A stretch of DNA of 64,000 nt from an uncultured Sulfurospirillum sp. (GTDB taxonomy: Bacteria; Campylobacterota; Campylobacteria; Campylobacterales; Sulfurospirillaceae). A program made the position numbers and the translations under genes. Shown in pieces: positions 1-8,216 of the stretch. The notes under the pieces were generated by a model, which was not told the origin of the DNA, made no database searches, and saw only the letters and a program-made list of their open reading frames with translations. The stretch covers positions 1,955 to 65,954 of the forward strand of contig CBDLTN010000001.1 of assembly GCA_965306065.1 (NCBI GenBank), read 5' to 3'. Each line of letters opens with the position of its first letter. Positions within the stretch are counted from its first letter, which is position 1.

Positions 1-78
1 TTGCAAGAAGATAACCAGTAACACAACCAGCTAATCCACCACCTACGATAATCGCATCAAATTTTTCTTCAGCCATAA
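1..78 (-). CDS. FAD-dependent oxidoreductase, FixC / ETF-quinone oxidoreductase-like (5' end only; the gene runs off the window)
   Basis: The reverse strand from 78 reads MAEEKFDAIIVGGGLAGCVTGYLLA, a GxGxxG dinucleotide-binding N-terminus. An AAGGTAG RBS lies upstream, and the start is 24 nt after the etfA stop. Confidence 0.6.
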
Positions 79-102
79 TCTACCTTAAATGAAATTTATC
101 TA

Positions 103-1044
103 TTACTGCTTAAGAGCATTTATTACTGCAGGTAAAATCGTATAAAGATCCCCTACAATGCCATAATCAGCATAGTCAAATATTGGTGCATTTTTATCTT
201 TATTAACAGCTACAATTATCTGTGAATCTTTAGCACCTACCATATGTTGAATTTGTCCTGAGATACCAACTGCAAAATAGATTTCAGGTTTAGCCATTAC
301 ACTTGATATTCCAATGTAACGCTCGTGTTCCATCCATTTTTCACCTTCTGCAATTGGACGTGAACAACCAAGCTCAGCTTCCATAGCAGAACAAAGTTCT
401 TCTGCAATTTTTATATCTTCTTCTTTAGCAATACCACGACCAATAGCAACGATACGCTTAGCTTTGTTTAAATCAACACTACTTCCCTCTTTAGGACGAC
501 GATCAATACACTTAATACTATTAGTAGTTTCTTCAAAATCTACAGATTTTGCCTCACCAGTTTTTGAGCTATCAGCTTCGCTTCCTTCATATACACCACC
601 TGCAATTACAGTAATAGCTACATCTGTTTTGATTAACTCTTCACTAATAGCAAGTCCACCATAAGCCATATGCTTACACTTAACGCCATCATCGTTTACT
701 TCGATATTAGATACTTCTGTAACAACACCAGCATCCAACTTAGCTCCAAGTAAAGAAGCTAATGCTTTACAACGTCTAGTTCCTGGCATCAATACTAGTG
801 ATTTCCCCTCACCCATAGCGATGACTTTTGCAATTGTATTAACATAACTCTCTACTATTTTAGAAGAATCATATTCTCCTAAACAATAAACTTCAGTAGC
901 TCCTAAAGCATATGCATTTGTTACCTCATCAGAACCAATGACAAAAGCAGAAACTTTTTCGCCTAATTCTAAACCACCAGCAATAACTTCAGCTAAACGT
1001 GAAGAAGCATCACTAAAAACCCATACATTAGATAATTTATTCAT
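103..1044 (-). CDS. etfA: Electron transfer flavoprotein, alpha subunit
   Basis: 313 aa. The C-terminal FAD-binding region (GISGQIQHMVGAKDSQIIVAVNKDKNAPIF) is typical of EtfA, and the gene directly follows etfB. Confidence 0.9.
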   Translation of the reverse strand: MNKLSNVWVFSDASSRLAEVIAGGLELGEKVSAFVIGSDEVTNAYALGATEVYCLGEYDSSKIVESYVNTIAKVIAMGEGKSLVLMPGTRRCKALASLLGAKLDAGVVTEVSNIEVNDDGVKCKHMAYGGLAISEELIKTDVAITVIAGGVYEGSEADSSKTGEAKSVDFEETTNSIKCIDRRPKEGSSVDLNKAKRIVAIGRGIAKEEDIKIAEELCSAMEAELGCSRPIAEGEKWMEHERYIGISSVMAKPEIYFAVGISGQIQHMVGAKDSQIIVAVNKDKNAPIFDYADYGIVGDLYTILPAVINALKQ

Positions 1045-1059
1045 TTTATGCTCCTACTA

Positions 1060-1818
1060 CTAAATGATTTTACGTAAATGGCTAACAAACTCAGCAATCT
1101 TATCATCAGCATCGCCTTCAATAATAATGTGTTGTCGCTCTTTTTTCTTAGGTGCTTTTATATCAACTAACTCTACTAAATTTGCAGCTTCTTCATCGAT
1201 ACTTATAGCATTAACAGGTTTCTTACCTGCTCCAATAATTGCCTTCATTCCAGGAATCGTAGGCTCATTGATATCAGCAGAAACTGATATAACGGCAGGG
1301 AAAGGAACTTCTAAAACTTCTATTTCATTTTCTAAAGCTCTTTCTACAACTAACTTATCACTCTCAATAGAGACAATTTTACTTACACCATTAAGCGTTG
1401 CTACATTTAATAGAGCTCCTAGTCTTACACCTGTTTGCTGTGCGTAAATATCACCCGATCCATCTCCACAAATAACAAGGTCAAAACCAATATCTTTTGC
1501 AGTATCTGCTAATACCTTCGCAGTTTGATGTGGTAAAATATTTTCATACTTTTCATCTGCAACTACAACTAATTCATCAGGTCCACGAGATAGCATATCT
1601 TTACGTGATTTTACATTCTCCAAAGATTTACCTCCCACACTTACTGCAGTGATAGTAACTTCTGGATTAACTTTTTTGATTTCAACTGCTGTTTCAATAG
1701 CGTTAAGATCAAATTGACTAATCTTTGGTGCTGCCTTACTCATATCTAAGTTACCATCAGATTTAACTGTGATATCTTGATCTTCTGGTACTAATTTACA
1801 ACCAACTAAAATTTTCAT
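1060..1818 (-). CDS. etfB: Electron transfer flavoprotein, beta subunit
   Basis: 252 aa. MKILVGCKLVPE... is an EtfB-like N-terminus, and the gene is paired with etfA. Confidence 0.9.
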   Translation of the reverse strand: MKILVGCKLVPEDQDITVKSDGNLDMSKAAPKISQFDLNAIETAVEIKKVNPEVTITAVSVGGKSLENVKSRKDMLSRGPDELVVVADEKYENILPHQTAKVLADTAKDIGFDLVICGDGSGDIYAQQTGVRLGALLNVATLNGVSKIVSIESDKLVVERALENEIEVLEVPFPAVISVSADINEPTIPGMKAIIGAGKKPVNAISIDEEAANLVELVDIKAPKKKERQHIIIEGDADDKIAEFVSHLRKII

Positions 1819-1865
1819 TTAGATCTCCTTTCAATACTTATTTTCATAACTCAACCAGATTAAAA

Positions 1866-1878
1866 ATAATCATGATTT
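1866..1878. promoter_or_regulatory. Operator-like 13-mer AAATCATGATTAT (palindromic core AATCATGATT) in the etfB leader; identical copy at ribA
   Basis: The same 13-mer recurs at 3497-3509, in both cases just downstream of the -10. It resembles the ATAATCATTAT core of Fur-type boxes. Confidence 0.5.
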
Positions 1879-1891
1879 TTTTATAATCAAA

Positions 1892-1920
1892 ATAATACAT
1901 TAATCACGATTATTTGTCAA
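1892..1920 (-). promoter_or_regulatory. Sigma70-type promoter of etfBA(-fixC): TTGACA-17 nt-TATTAT
   Basis: The reverse strand reads gcTTGACAaataatcgtgattaatgTATTAT. The -35 is at 1915-1920, the -10 at 1892-1897, with a 17-nt spacer. Confidence 0.65.
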
Positions 1921-1988
1921 GCTTTTTAATTAATTTTTTTTAATTTTCTCTAAGTATTGAAATATTTTTTTATTTATTAAATGTATTG

Positions 1989-2867
1989 TTATCTATTTAA
2001 AATGGCAAAGTACATAGCAGCACCTAATATTTTATGTGTAGCTCTGCTAAAATGCCATTCATCCCAAAAATAATAAGTATCAGGATCTCCACTATTTGTT
2101 AAAATCTCTGGATATGTACTTTGGTACTCTTTACTTAATTGAGAAATTCCATACTTTTTTGGGTTACTCACAATATCGTTACTTACTATAGTATGATCAA
2201 ACAACACTATTGATATATCCAAATTTTTTTCAAGGTTGGAAAGAGTTCTTGGAAGAGTTTCATTTATTGTATCAACAAATATTTTTGCAAAATCAGTTCT
2301 CTTCATAATTATCTCATATGGAACAAGAGACAAGTCACTACTATTAACAACAAAGAAATTTTTTGCTCCTAGCTTTACTAACCTTTTTATAGCAATATTT
2401 ATATTACTAACTACATTATTTGCCAACTTTTCAATTGTGCCTGTCTTGTTAAAATCCATATGAGCAAAATAATCATTTTCACTTGCAAATATAAAATACA
2501 ATGCATTAGTATCTATTTGGTTTACATGTAAACTATTTTCAAATTTATCAACTTGTCCTAACAGCCCTGTATTTCCAAGATAATCCATCCATGTAGAATA
2601 ATTTTTATCTCCTGAAGTGGCACCACCAGTTGCATAGTTTATTAATCTTGTACCTAATTTTTTTGCCATAACTTCAACTGCTGTGTATCCATTAGAGTAT
2701 CTATTGTTCCAGTACAATCCTTCAGTGGGTTTTATAAATGAATCTTTTGGACTATTTTTGTGCTCAACGATAGCTGAAGATGTTTTTCTTGCTTCCCCGT
2801 TATCTGAATAACTATTTCCAAATGCAACTATTTGAGTTATTTTTTTTACATTATTGATTGCCGACAT
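1989..2867 (-). CDS. SGNH/GDSL-family lipase/esterase
   Basis: Block I is FGNSYSDNG (a GDSL variant) and the C-terminal FWDEWHFS supplies the DxxH catalytic block. The gene starts 20 nt after the ribA stop, so it is probably co-transcribed. Confidence 0.7.
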   Translation of the reverse strand: MSAINNVKKITQIVAFGNSYSDNGEARKTSSAIVEHKNSPKDSFIKPTEGLYWNNRYSNGYTAVEVMAKKLGTRLINYATGGATSGDKNYSTWMDYLGNTGLLGQVDKFENSLHVNQIDTNALYFIFASENDYFAHMDFNKTGTIEKLANNVVSNINIAIKRLVKLGAKNFFVVNSSDLSLVPYEIIMKRTDFAKIFVDTINETLPRTLSNLEKNLDISIVLFDHTIVSNDIVSNPKKYGISQLSKEYQSTYPEILTNSGDPDTYYFWDEWHFSRATHKILGAAMYFAILNR

Positions 2868-2887
2868 GTTATTTCCTATATAGTAAA

Positions 2888-3463
2888 TTAAAAAAGATGG
2901 CCCATTTGCTCTTTTTTTATTTTTAAATAATTTGCATTGTATTTATTAACCGGCATTATAATAGGCATTCTCTCAACAATATCTACTCCATTAAGTGACT
3001 CTATTTTTTTAGGGTTGTTAGTTAATAATTTAATTTTTTTAATTTTGAAATGTGCTAGTATAAATTCAACTGCTTCATAACTACGTTCATCCGTTTGAAA
3101 GCCAAGTTGATGATTAGCCTCGATAGTATCATATCCTTGATCTTGTAGTGCATAAGCATTTACTTTATTTAATAAACCAATATTCCTTCCCTCTTGTCTT
3201 AAATAAATAACCATTCCACCAGATTTACCAATTATCTTTAAAGAGTGTTCTAGCTGATCTCTGCAATCGCATTTTAAAGAACCTATAGCATCACCTGTTA
3301 AACATTCACTGTGAACTCTTACTATTGGTATTTCATTAAGGTGTTCACTAAAAATAACTAAATGTTCTTTTACTCCCTCTTGAAACACTTGAATTTTAAA
3401 TTGCCCAAACTGGGAAGGGAGCTTTGAAACGTTTGAAATATTAATTCTCATTTTATTATCCAA
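2888..3463 (-). CDS. ribA: GTP cyclohydrolase II
   Basis: VRVHSECLTGDAIGSLKCDCRDQL carries the zinc-binding Cys triad, and YLRQEGRNIGL is a classic RibA motif. Confidence 0.9.
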   Translation of the reverse strand: MDNKMRINISNVSKLPSQFGQFKIQVFQEGVKEHLVIFSEHLNEIPIVRVHSECLTGDAIGSLKCDCRDQLEHSLKIIGKSGGMVIYLRQEGRNIGLLNKVNAYALQDQGYDTIEANHQLGFQTDERSYEAVEFILAHFKIKKIKLLTNNPKKIESLNGVDIVERMPIIMPVNKYNANYLKIKKEQMGHLF

Positions 3464-3496
3464 TCTTCATTCAAAAATAAACATCGTGTTTATTTT

Positions 3497-3509
3497 ATAA
3501 TCATGATTT
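3497..3509. promoter_or_regulatory. Operator-like 13-mer AAATCATGATTAT in the ribA leader (identical to 1866-1878)
   Basis: Exact 13-nt identity with the etfB leader element, located 9 nt downstream of the -10. Confidence 0.5.
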
Positions 3510-3518
3510 ATTTTTTGA

Positions 3519-3547
3519 ATATTACAACTTTTCGAATAAATTGTCAA
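3519..3547 (-). promoter_or_regulatory. Sigma70-type promoter of ribA: TTGACA-17 nt-TAATAT
   Basis: The reverse strand reads gcTTGACAatttattcgaaaagttgTAATAT. The -35 is at 3542-3547 and the -10 at 3519-3524. It shares the GCTTGACAA context with the etfB promoter. Confidence 0.65.
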
Positions 3548-3558
3548 GCAAGAGTTTA

Positions 3559-3624
3559 TTGATATAAATACTATTTATTATTGATATAAATACTATTTAT
3601 TATTGATATAAATACTATTTATTA
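3559..3624. repeat. Perfect 3 x 22 bp tandem repeat (TTGATATAAATACTATTTATTA); each unit holds a 7-1-7 dyad ATAAATA-C-TATTTAT
   Basis: Units are at 3559-3580, 3581-3602 and 3603-3624. The array ends 12 bp upstream of the ribA -35, and the last unit overlaps the stop of the Cys-rich ORF. Confidence 0.9.
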
Positions 3625-4019
3625 AAGAATACATCTTTCATAATTAGCTTCCAGTCTTTATTAAAAACTTTTTTTATATATTTATTTCTATGTGGTAAAA
3701 GGCATTTTGTACAATCTTGATGTATCTCATTTCCAGCTTTATATGCAGAACCAAACTTCGAGTTTATAAAACAATAACTTTTTATATCTGAATCATTTTG
3801 AAGCCTAAATTCTGGACAAGCACAAAGATAGCAATTAAGATTTTTCATATCATGACATTTTTTATTTTCTTTATATAATAAACAAAAATAAGGTTCATTT
3901 TTTTGCATATTTTCATATAAAAAGTATTCTATTAATTCATTTTCACTTAATGAGTAAAGTTTTTGAACAAGCTTTTGATGCTTTTTTGAATGATTTTCAA
4001 TCCAAGATATATATGTCAT
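3615..4019 (-). CDS. Cysteine-rich hypothetical protein (putative metal-binding)
   Basis: 134 aa. It has a CHDMKNLNCYLCACPEF cluster plus a later C...C..C group. I recognise no confident family. Confidence 0.5.
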   Translation of the reverse strand: MTYISWIENHSKKHQKLVQKLYSLSENELIEYFLYENMQKNEPYFCLLYKENKKCHDMKNLNCYLCACPEFRLQNDSDIKSYCFINSKFGSAYKAGNEIHQDCTKCLLPHRNKYIKKVFNKDWKLIMKDVFFNK

Positions 4020-4102
4020 TTTATTACCTAATATAAGTTTTTTATAGAATTATAATAATATTATAGTATAATTCTTAATATTTATCTACGAAAGTACTTA
4101 CA

Positions 4103-5251
4103 ATGAACACCAAAAAATTTAGAAAACCAGAAGTATTTACAATTTCTATTGCACACTTTATGCACGATATATACTCATCTTTTTTAGCACCACTTCTACC
4201 TCTTCTTATAGAAAAGCTTGGTATGAGCCTTTTTATGACAGCTTTTTTAGATATAGCCCGTCGTATTCCTTTTCTTCTTAATCCATTTTTAGGTCTACTT
4301 GCAGAAAAAACTGGACTAAAATACTTTGTTATTCTAACACCTGCAATAACGGCTATTTCAATGAGCCTTGTAGGACTTGCAAACTCATACATTGCCCTTG
4401 TTATACTGATTTTTGTTGCAGGTATTAGTGCTGCTTTATTCCATGTCCCATCTCCTACTATGATAAAAGAAGCCAGTGGTGATAGAGTAGGAACTGGTAT
4501 GAGCTTTTTTATGGTTGGAGGAGAGAGTGCAAGAACACTTGGTCCTCTTATTGTAACAGCTGCTGTTTCATTATGGGGACTTGAAGGAATTTATAAACTT
4601 ATGCCATTAGGTATCTTAGCTTCTGTTATCTTATATATAAAACTAAAAGATTTTGATACAAATAGACCTCTTCAAAAACCAAAAGAAAAAGGTGATACAA
4701 AAAAACTTCTGAAAACCTTTAAACCTTTTTTCTTAGTTCTTGGAGGATTTTTGCTTTTTCAATCAGCTATGAAAAGTGCTCTTACACTTTATCTACCAGT
4801 CTATCTTGTAAACCAAGGTGAATCTCTGTGGTATGCTGGTATTTCTATCTCTGTACTTCAACTTTTTGGTGTTATTGGAACACTTATTGCAGGAAATATA
4901 TCAGATAAAATTGGAAGAAAAACTACTCTTGTAATAGCTAGTTTTGGTATGGTTATAAGCATGGCTCTTTTTATTCTTTTTAATACTATTTTTATTCTAC
5001 CTCTTGTTGGTCTGTTTTTATTTGCTACAGGACCAGTTCTTATGGCAACTGTTCAAAGTACAAGCTCACATATGCCTACTTTTATGAACAGCATGTATAT
5101 GTCCATAAACTTTGGGGTTAGTGCAAGTATAGTTTTTGGAGTTGGTTTTTTAGGCGATTATTTAGGACTTTATTCAACTTATATTATCTGTAATATTATG
5201 GCATTAGGTTGTATACCTATGGCTTTTTTACTTACTAATTATATTCGTTAA
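4103..5251 (+). CDS. MFS transporter
   Basis: 382 aa with about 12 predicted hydrophobic helices and an MFS-like loop (DKIGRKTT). Confidence 0.75.
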   Translation: MNTKKFRKPEVFTISIAHFMHDIYSSFLAPLLPLLIEKLGMSLFMTAFLDIARRIPFLLNPFLGLLAEKTGLKYFVILTPAITAISMSLVGLANSYIALVILIFVAGISAALFHVPSPTMIKEASGDRVGTGMSFFMVGGESARTLGPLIVTAAVSLWGLEGIYKLMPLGILASVILYIKLKDFDTNRPLQKPKEKGDTKKLLKTFKPFFLVLGGFLLFQSAMKSALTLYLPVYLVNQGESLWYAGISISVLQLFGVIGTLIAGNISDKIGRKTTLVIASFGMVISMALFILFNTIFILPLVGLFLFATGPVLMATVQSTSSHMPTFMNSMYMSINFGVSASIVFGVGFLGDYLGLYSTYIICNIMALGCIPMAFLLTNYIR

Positions 5252-7149
5252 GTTATTTTTGTTGCAATTTCTTTAAACTTATCTTTTAACACTATAAAAG
5301 CATCAACAAGAACAGGGTCAAAATGAGTTCCTCTTGCGTCTATTATAATTTGTTCTGATTTTTCATATGAGATAGAATCTTTATAAACCCTTTTACTTAT
5401 AAGTGCATCATATACATCAGCCAGTGCCATCATCCTTGCTTCTAGTGGTATCTCTTCACCTTTTAAGCCATTGGGATAACCTTCTCCATTCCATTTTTCA
5501 TGATGATAATAAGATATACGCAATGCTGTTTTTAAAAACTCATTGTCTTCATGCTCTCCTAAAGCATTTTCTAAAACCTCTTTACCTATTTTTGGATGTT
5601 CTTTCATTATTTCAAACTCTTCTTCTGTCAATTTTCCCGGTTTTTTCAAAATGTTATCAGGAATAGCGACTTTCCCAATATCGTGAAGAGGACTTGCTCT
5701 ATATACAAGAGAGATAAACTCTCTTGTTACTACGTCTTTATATATCTTATTTTCATATAAATATTCACTCAAACAATTAACATACTCTTTTGTTCTTTTA
5801 ATATGTGCTCCAGTTTCTGTATCTCTACTCTCTACAACTAATGCCATACTATCAATAGCACTTGAGTGTGCTTTAGTTAACTCTTTATAAAAAATCTGTT
5901 TTTCTGTGTAATTGATAACTACCAATATAATATTGATTGTAAAAAAAACTATTCCAAAAGGAATTAAAAAATATGCTGATGATATATATACATTTTGGCT
6001 CAACATTACTAATGATAATGCGAAAAAAGAAGTGATTACTGATATAAAAACCACTATAATTTTTATTTGATTTTTTATGTACATGTAAAAAAGAAGAATT
6101 ATAGAAAACAAGATAGAGAGTAAAATATTTACTTTTTTCATAGTAGGTAGCTCATACCTTAAAACATCGTTTAATATATTATCTACTAAAGTTGCATGAA
6201 TCTTAACACCTGATAGATTATCTCCACTTGAAACTATATATCTATCATGAAGACCCACTGCTGATGTTCCAACAAAAACAAACTTTCCTTGTAATATTTT
6301 TTTATCTACTTTACCCAAAAGCAAATCAACTGCTGAAACAGTTTTATACCAACTTTTATCATAAAATTTTAATAAAACTTCTTTATTCTCACCCGTTTGT
6401 ATCACATGGTCTAGTATAGAGACACTTTTTTTATCTATTGTTACTTTATCTATACTCATAAGACTAGCAAGTCCAAGAGTTGGAACTATATTATCTTTGT
6501 ATTTCATGAAAAGTGGTAATCTTCTAAATACTCCATCTGAGTCTTGTGAAGAATTTATAAACCCTATATTAGCACTGTTTTTTTGAATTTTTTGGATATT
6601 ACATAATATATTTTTTGCTTCATATCCTATATTTGAACTATCATTTACTTGAATATTTTGTTTTGGCAGTATACATTGTGAATGTTTTTTAATAGTATTA
6701 CTTAAATAAACAGCAAGTGTAGTTTTTGAATTACTTAATACTCTTGTAAATACCTCATCACTATCAAGTAAGTTTTTGGGTAAACCCTTTACACTTACAT
6801 TTGTTCCAAAATATTTTTTATAAAACTCTATCATGTTATTTGGAGATGTTTTATCAGTTTCCGGAAAAATAATATCTAGCCCGATAGATGAAGGGTTTGC
6901 ACTGTTTATATTATGAATAAGCTTTGCTAGTATAACTCTAGACCAAGGCCACTGCCCCATATAATCTAAACTCTTTTCATCAATATCAACTACTACAACA
7001 GAACTTTTTGAATTTTCCTCACTTGCAATAATATTGCTAGAGAAGTCATATATTTTATAATCAAGCTGTTCTATAATCTCGCTTCTAAATAAAAGAAGAT
7101 TAAATCCAACTATTAAAAAAAATCCAAAAAGTGCTTTTGAATATTTCAT
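5248..7149 (-). CDS. CHASE2 sensor domain / HD-GYP c-di-GMP phosphodiesterase
   Basis: The N-terminal periplasmic CHASE2-like region (DIDEKSLDYMGQWPWSR) is followed by TM helices. The C-terminus carries HDIGK...HHEKWNGEGYP...GTHFDP, the HD-GYP signature. Confidence 0.85.
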   Translation of the reverse strand: MKYSKALFGFFLIVGFNLLLFRSEIIEQLDYKIYDFSSNIIASEENSKSSVVVVDIDEKSLDYMGQWPWSRVILAKLIHNINSANPSSIGLDIIFPETDKTSPNNMIEFYKKYFGTNVSVKGLPKNLLDSDEVFTRVLSNSKTTLAVYLSNTIKKHSQCILPKQNIQVNDSSNIGYEAKNILCNIQKIQKNSANIGFINSSQDSDGVFRRLPLFMKYKDNIVPTLGLASLMSIDKVTIDKKSVSILDHVIQTGENKEVLLKFYDKSWYKTVSAVDLLLGKVDKKILQGKFVFVGTSAVGLHDRYIVSSGDNLSGVKIHATLVDNILNDVLRYELPTMKKVNILLSILFSIILLFYMYIKNQIKIIVVFISVITSFFALSLVMLSQNVYISSAYFLIPFGIVFFTINIILVVINYTEKQIFYKELTKAHSSAIDSMALVVESRDTETGAHIKRTKEYVNCLSEYLYENKIYKDVVTREFISLVYRASPLHDIGKVAIPDNILKKPGKLTEEEFEIMKEHPKIGKEVLENALGEHEDNEFLKTALRISYYHHEKWNGEGYPNGLKGEEIPLEARMMALADVYDALISKRVYKDSISYEKSEQIIIDARGTHFDPVLVDAFIVLKDKFKEIATKIT

Positions 7150-7151
7150 AA

Positions 7152-7751
7152 CTATTTTATAAATATCTCAACACGGCGATTTTTTGCTTCTGCTACATTA
7201 TCTTTAGTCGGAACCAACAAATCACTCTCACCGTATGATTTAACTTTTAGGTTAGTTAAATCTACATTTGAAGAAAGCACCCAACTTTTTACATACTTTG
7301 CACGTTCAAGTGCCAATTTCGTATTGTATTGACTTGAACCTTTTGTATCTGTATGCCCTATTATATTCACATCACAAGGCATTCTTTTTTTTATTTGTAT
7401 CAAAATATACGGCAATTTTTCTTTTGAGGCATCAGTGAGTTCATTTGAATTATTTTTAAAATATAAGTTTACATGTATAGGTTCTAAAGGCATTGCTTCG
7501 ATTGCACTTTTAAACTTTTTGTCAATCTCTTCTTGACTCATTGTCTTAATTTTACTTGGAGCTTCCCTTTTTGAAGTTAAACTTACATATTGCCCTGCTT
7601 TATATATAGTAGTTGAGCCAGCTTCTGTCTGAACCACTATTGCATTTTGTTTATCTCCACTATCAGCTAAAACTATAGTTGTTGTAGTTTGTGTATTCAT
7701 TAAAGAAGCCACAAACATAATAACCCATGTGGCAATTACAGCTACTTCCAT
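7152..7751 (-). CDS. OmpA-family peptidoglycan-binding protein
   Basis: C-terminal OmpA_C motif: IIGHTDTKGSSQYNTKLALERAKYV...NRRVEIFI. Confidence 0.8.
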   Translation of the reverse strand: MEVAVIATWVIMFVASLMNTQTTTTIVLADSGDKQNAIVVQTEAGSTTIYKAGQYVSLTSKREAPSKIKTMSQEEIDKKFKSAIEAMPLEPIHVNLYFKNNSNELTDASKEKLPYILIQIKKRMPCDVNIIGHTDTKGSSQYNTKLALERAKYVKSWVLSSNVDLTNLKVKSYGESDLLVPTKDNVAEAKNRRVEIFIK

Positions 7752-8173
7752 TACTTCACCTCCACATAAAACTTAGTCCCACGAATACCAATAGTACCCT
7801 CAGGAATTCTGAACCTTACAGATTCAGGCGAAAGCTTTCCTATTTTTCCAGATTCAAATGTAGCTAAACCTTTTGACATATCAATATCAAATGAAAACTC
7901 CTTTTGGGAAGGTCTAAAAAGATATTTATTTATAGATAAAACACTGTTTTCTCCAAGAGAGATTATAGTTCCATCATCAAATATCATACCAACACTACTA
8001 TTTTTTTTAGTAATGATAATATCACTCTCTTTAATTTTTTTTCCAGCAAATAGTTTTTGTATATTCTCCGATCTTTTAACAAAAACTTCACCAGAAACTT
8101 TTTTAACTATTGCAACATCACTAGCAAAAACAAATGATAACAATACTGACATGATAAAAAAAATACGAAACAT
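7751..8173 (-). CDS. FecR-domain periplasmic protein
   Basis: 140 aa with a signal peptide and a FecR-like beta-rich domain (DGTIISLGENSVLSI...GTKF). Its stop and start overlap the ompA-like gene. Confidence 0.7.
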   Translation of the reverse strand: MFRIFFIMSVLLSFVFASDVAIVKKVSGEVFVKRSENIQKLFAGKKIKESDIIITKKNSSVGMIFDDGTIISLGENSVLSINKYLFRPSQKEFSFDIDMSKGLATFESGKIGKLSPESVRFRIPEGTIGIRGTKFYVEVK

Positions 8174-8216
8174 ATTAGCTCCTTTTAATATTATGTTACT
8201 CTTTTGTCTCTTAAGT

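Noticed and set aside
3559-3624. The three 22-bp direct repeats could be a mini CRISPR array.
   Set aside because: The units are contiguous with no spacers, are very AT-rich, have no cas genes nearby, and sit directly on a promoter. This is a tandem repeat or operator array, not a CRISPR.
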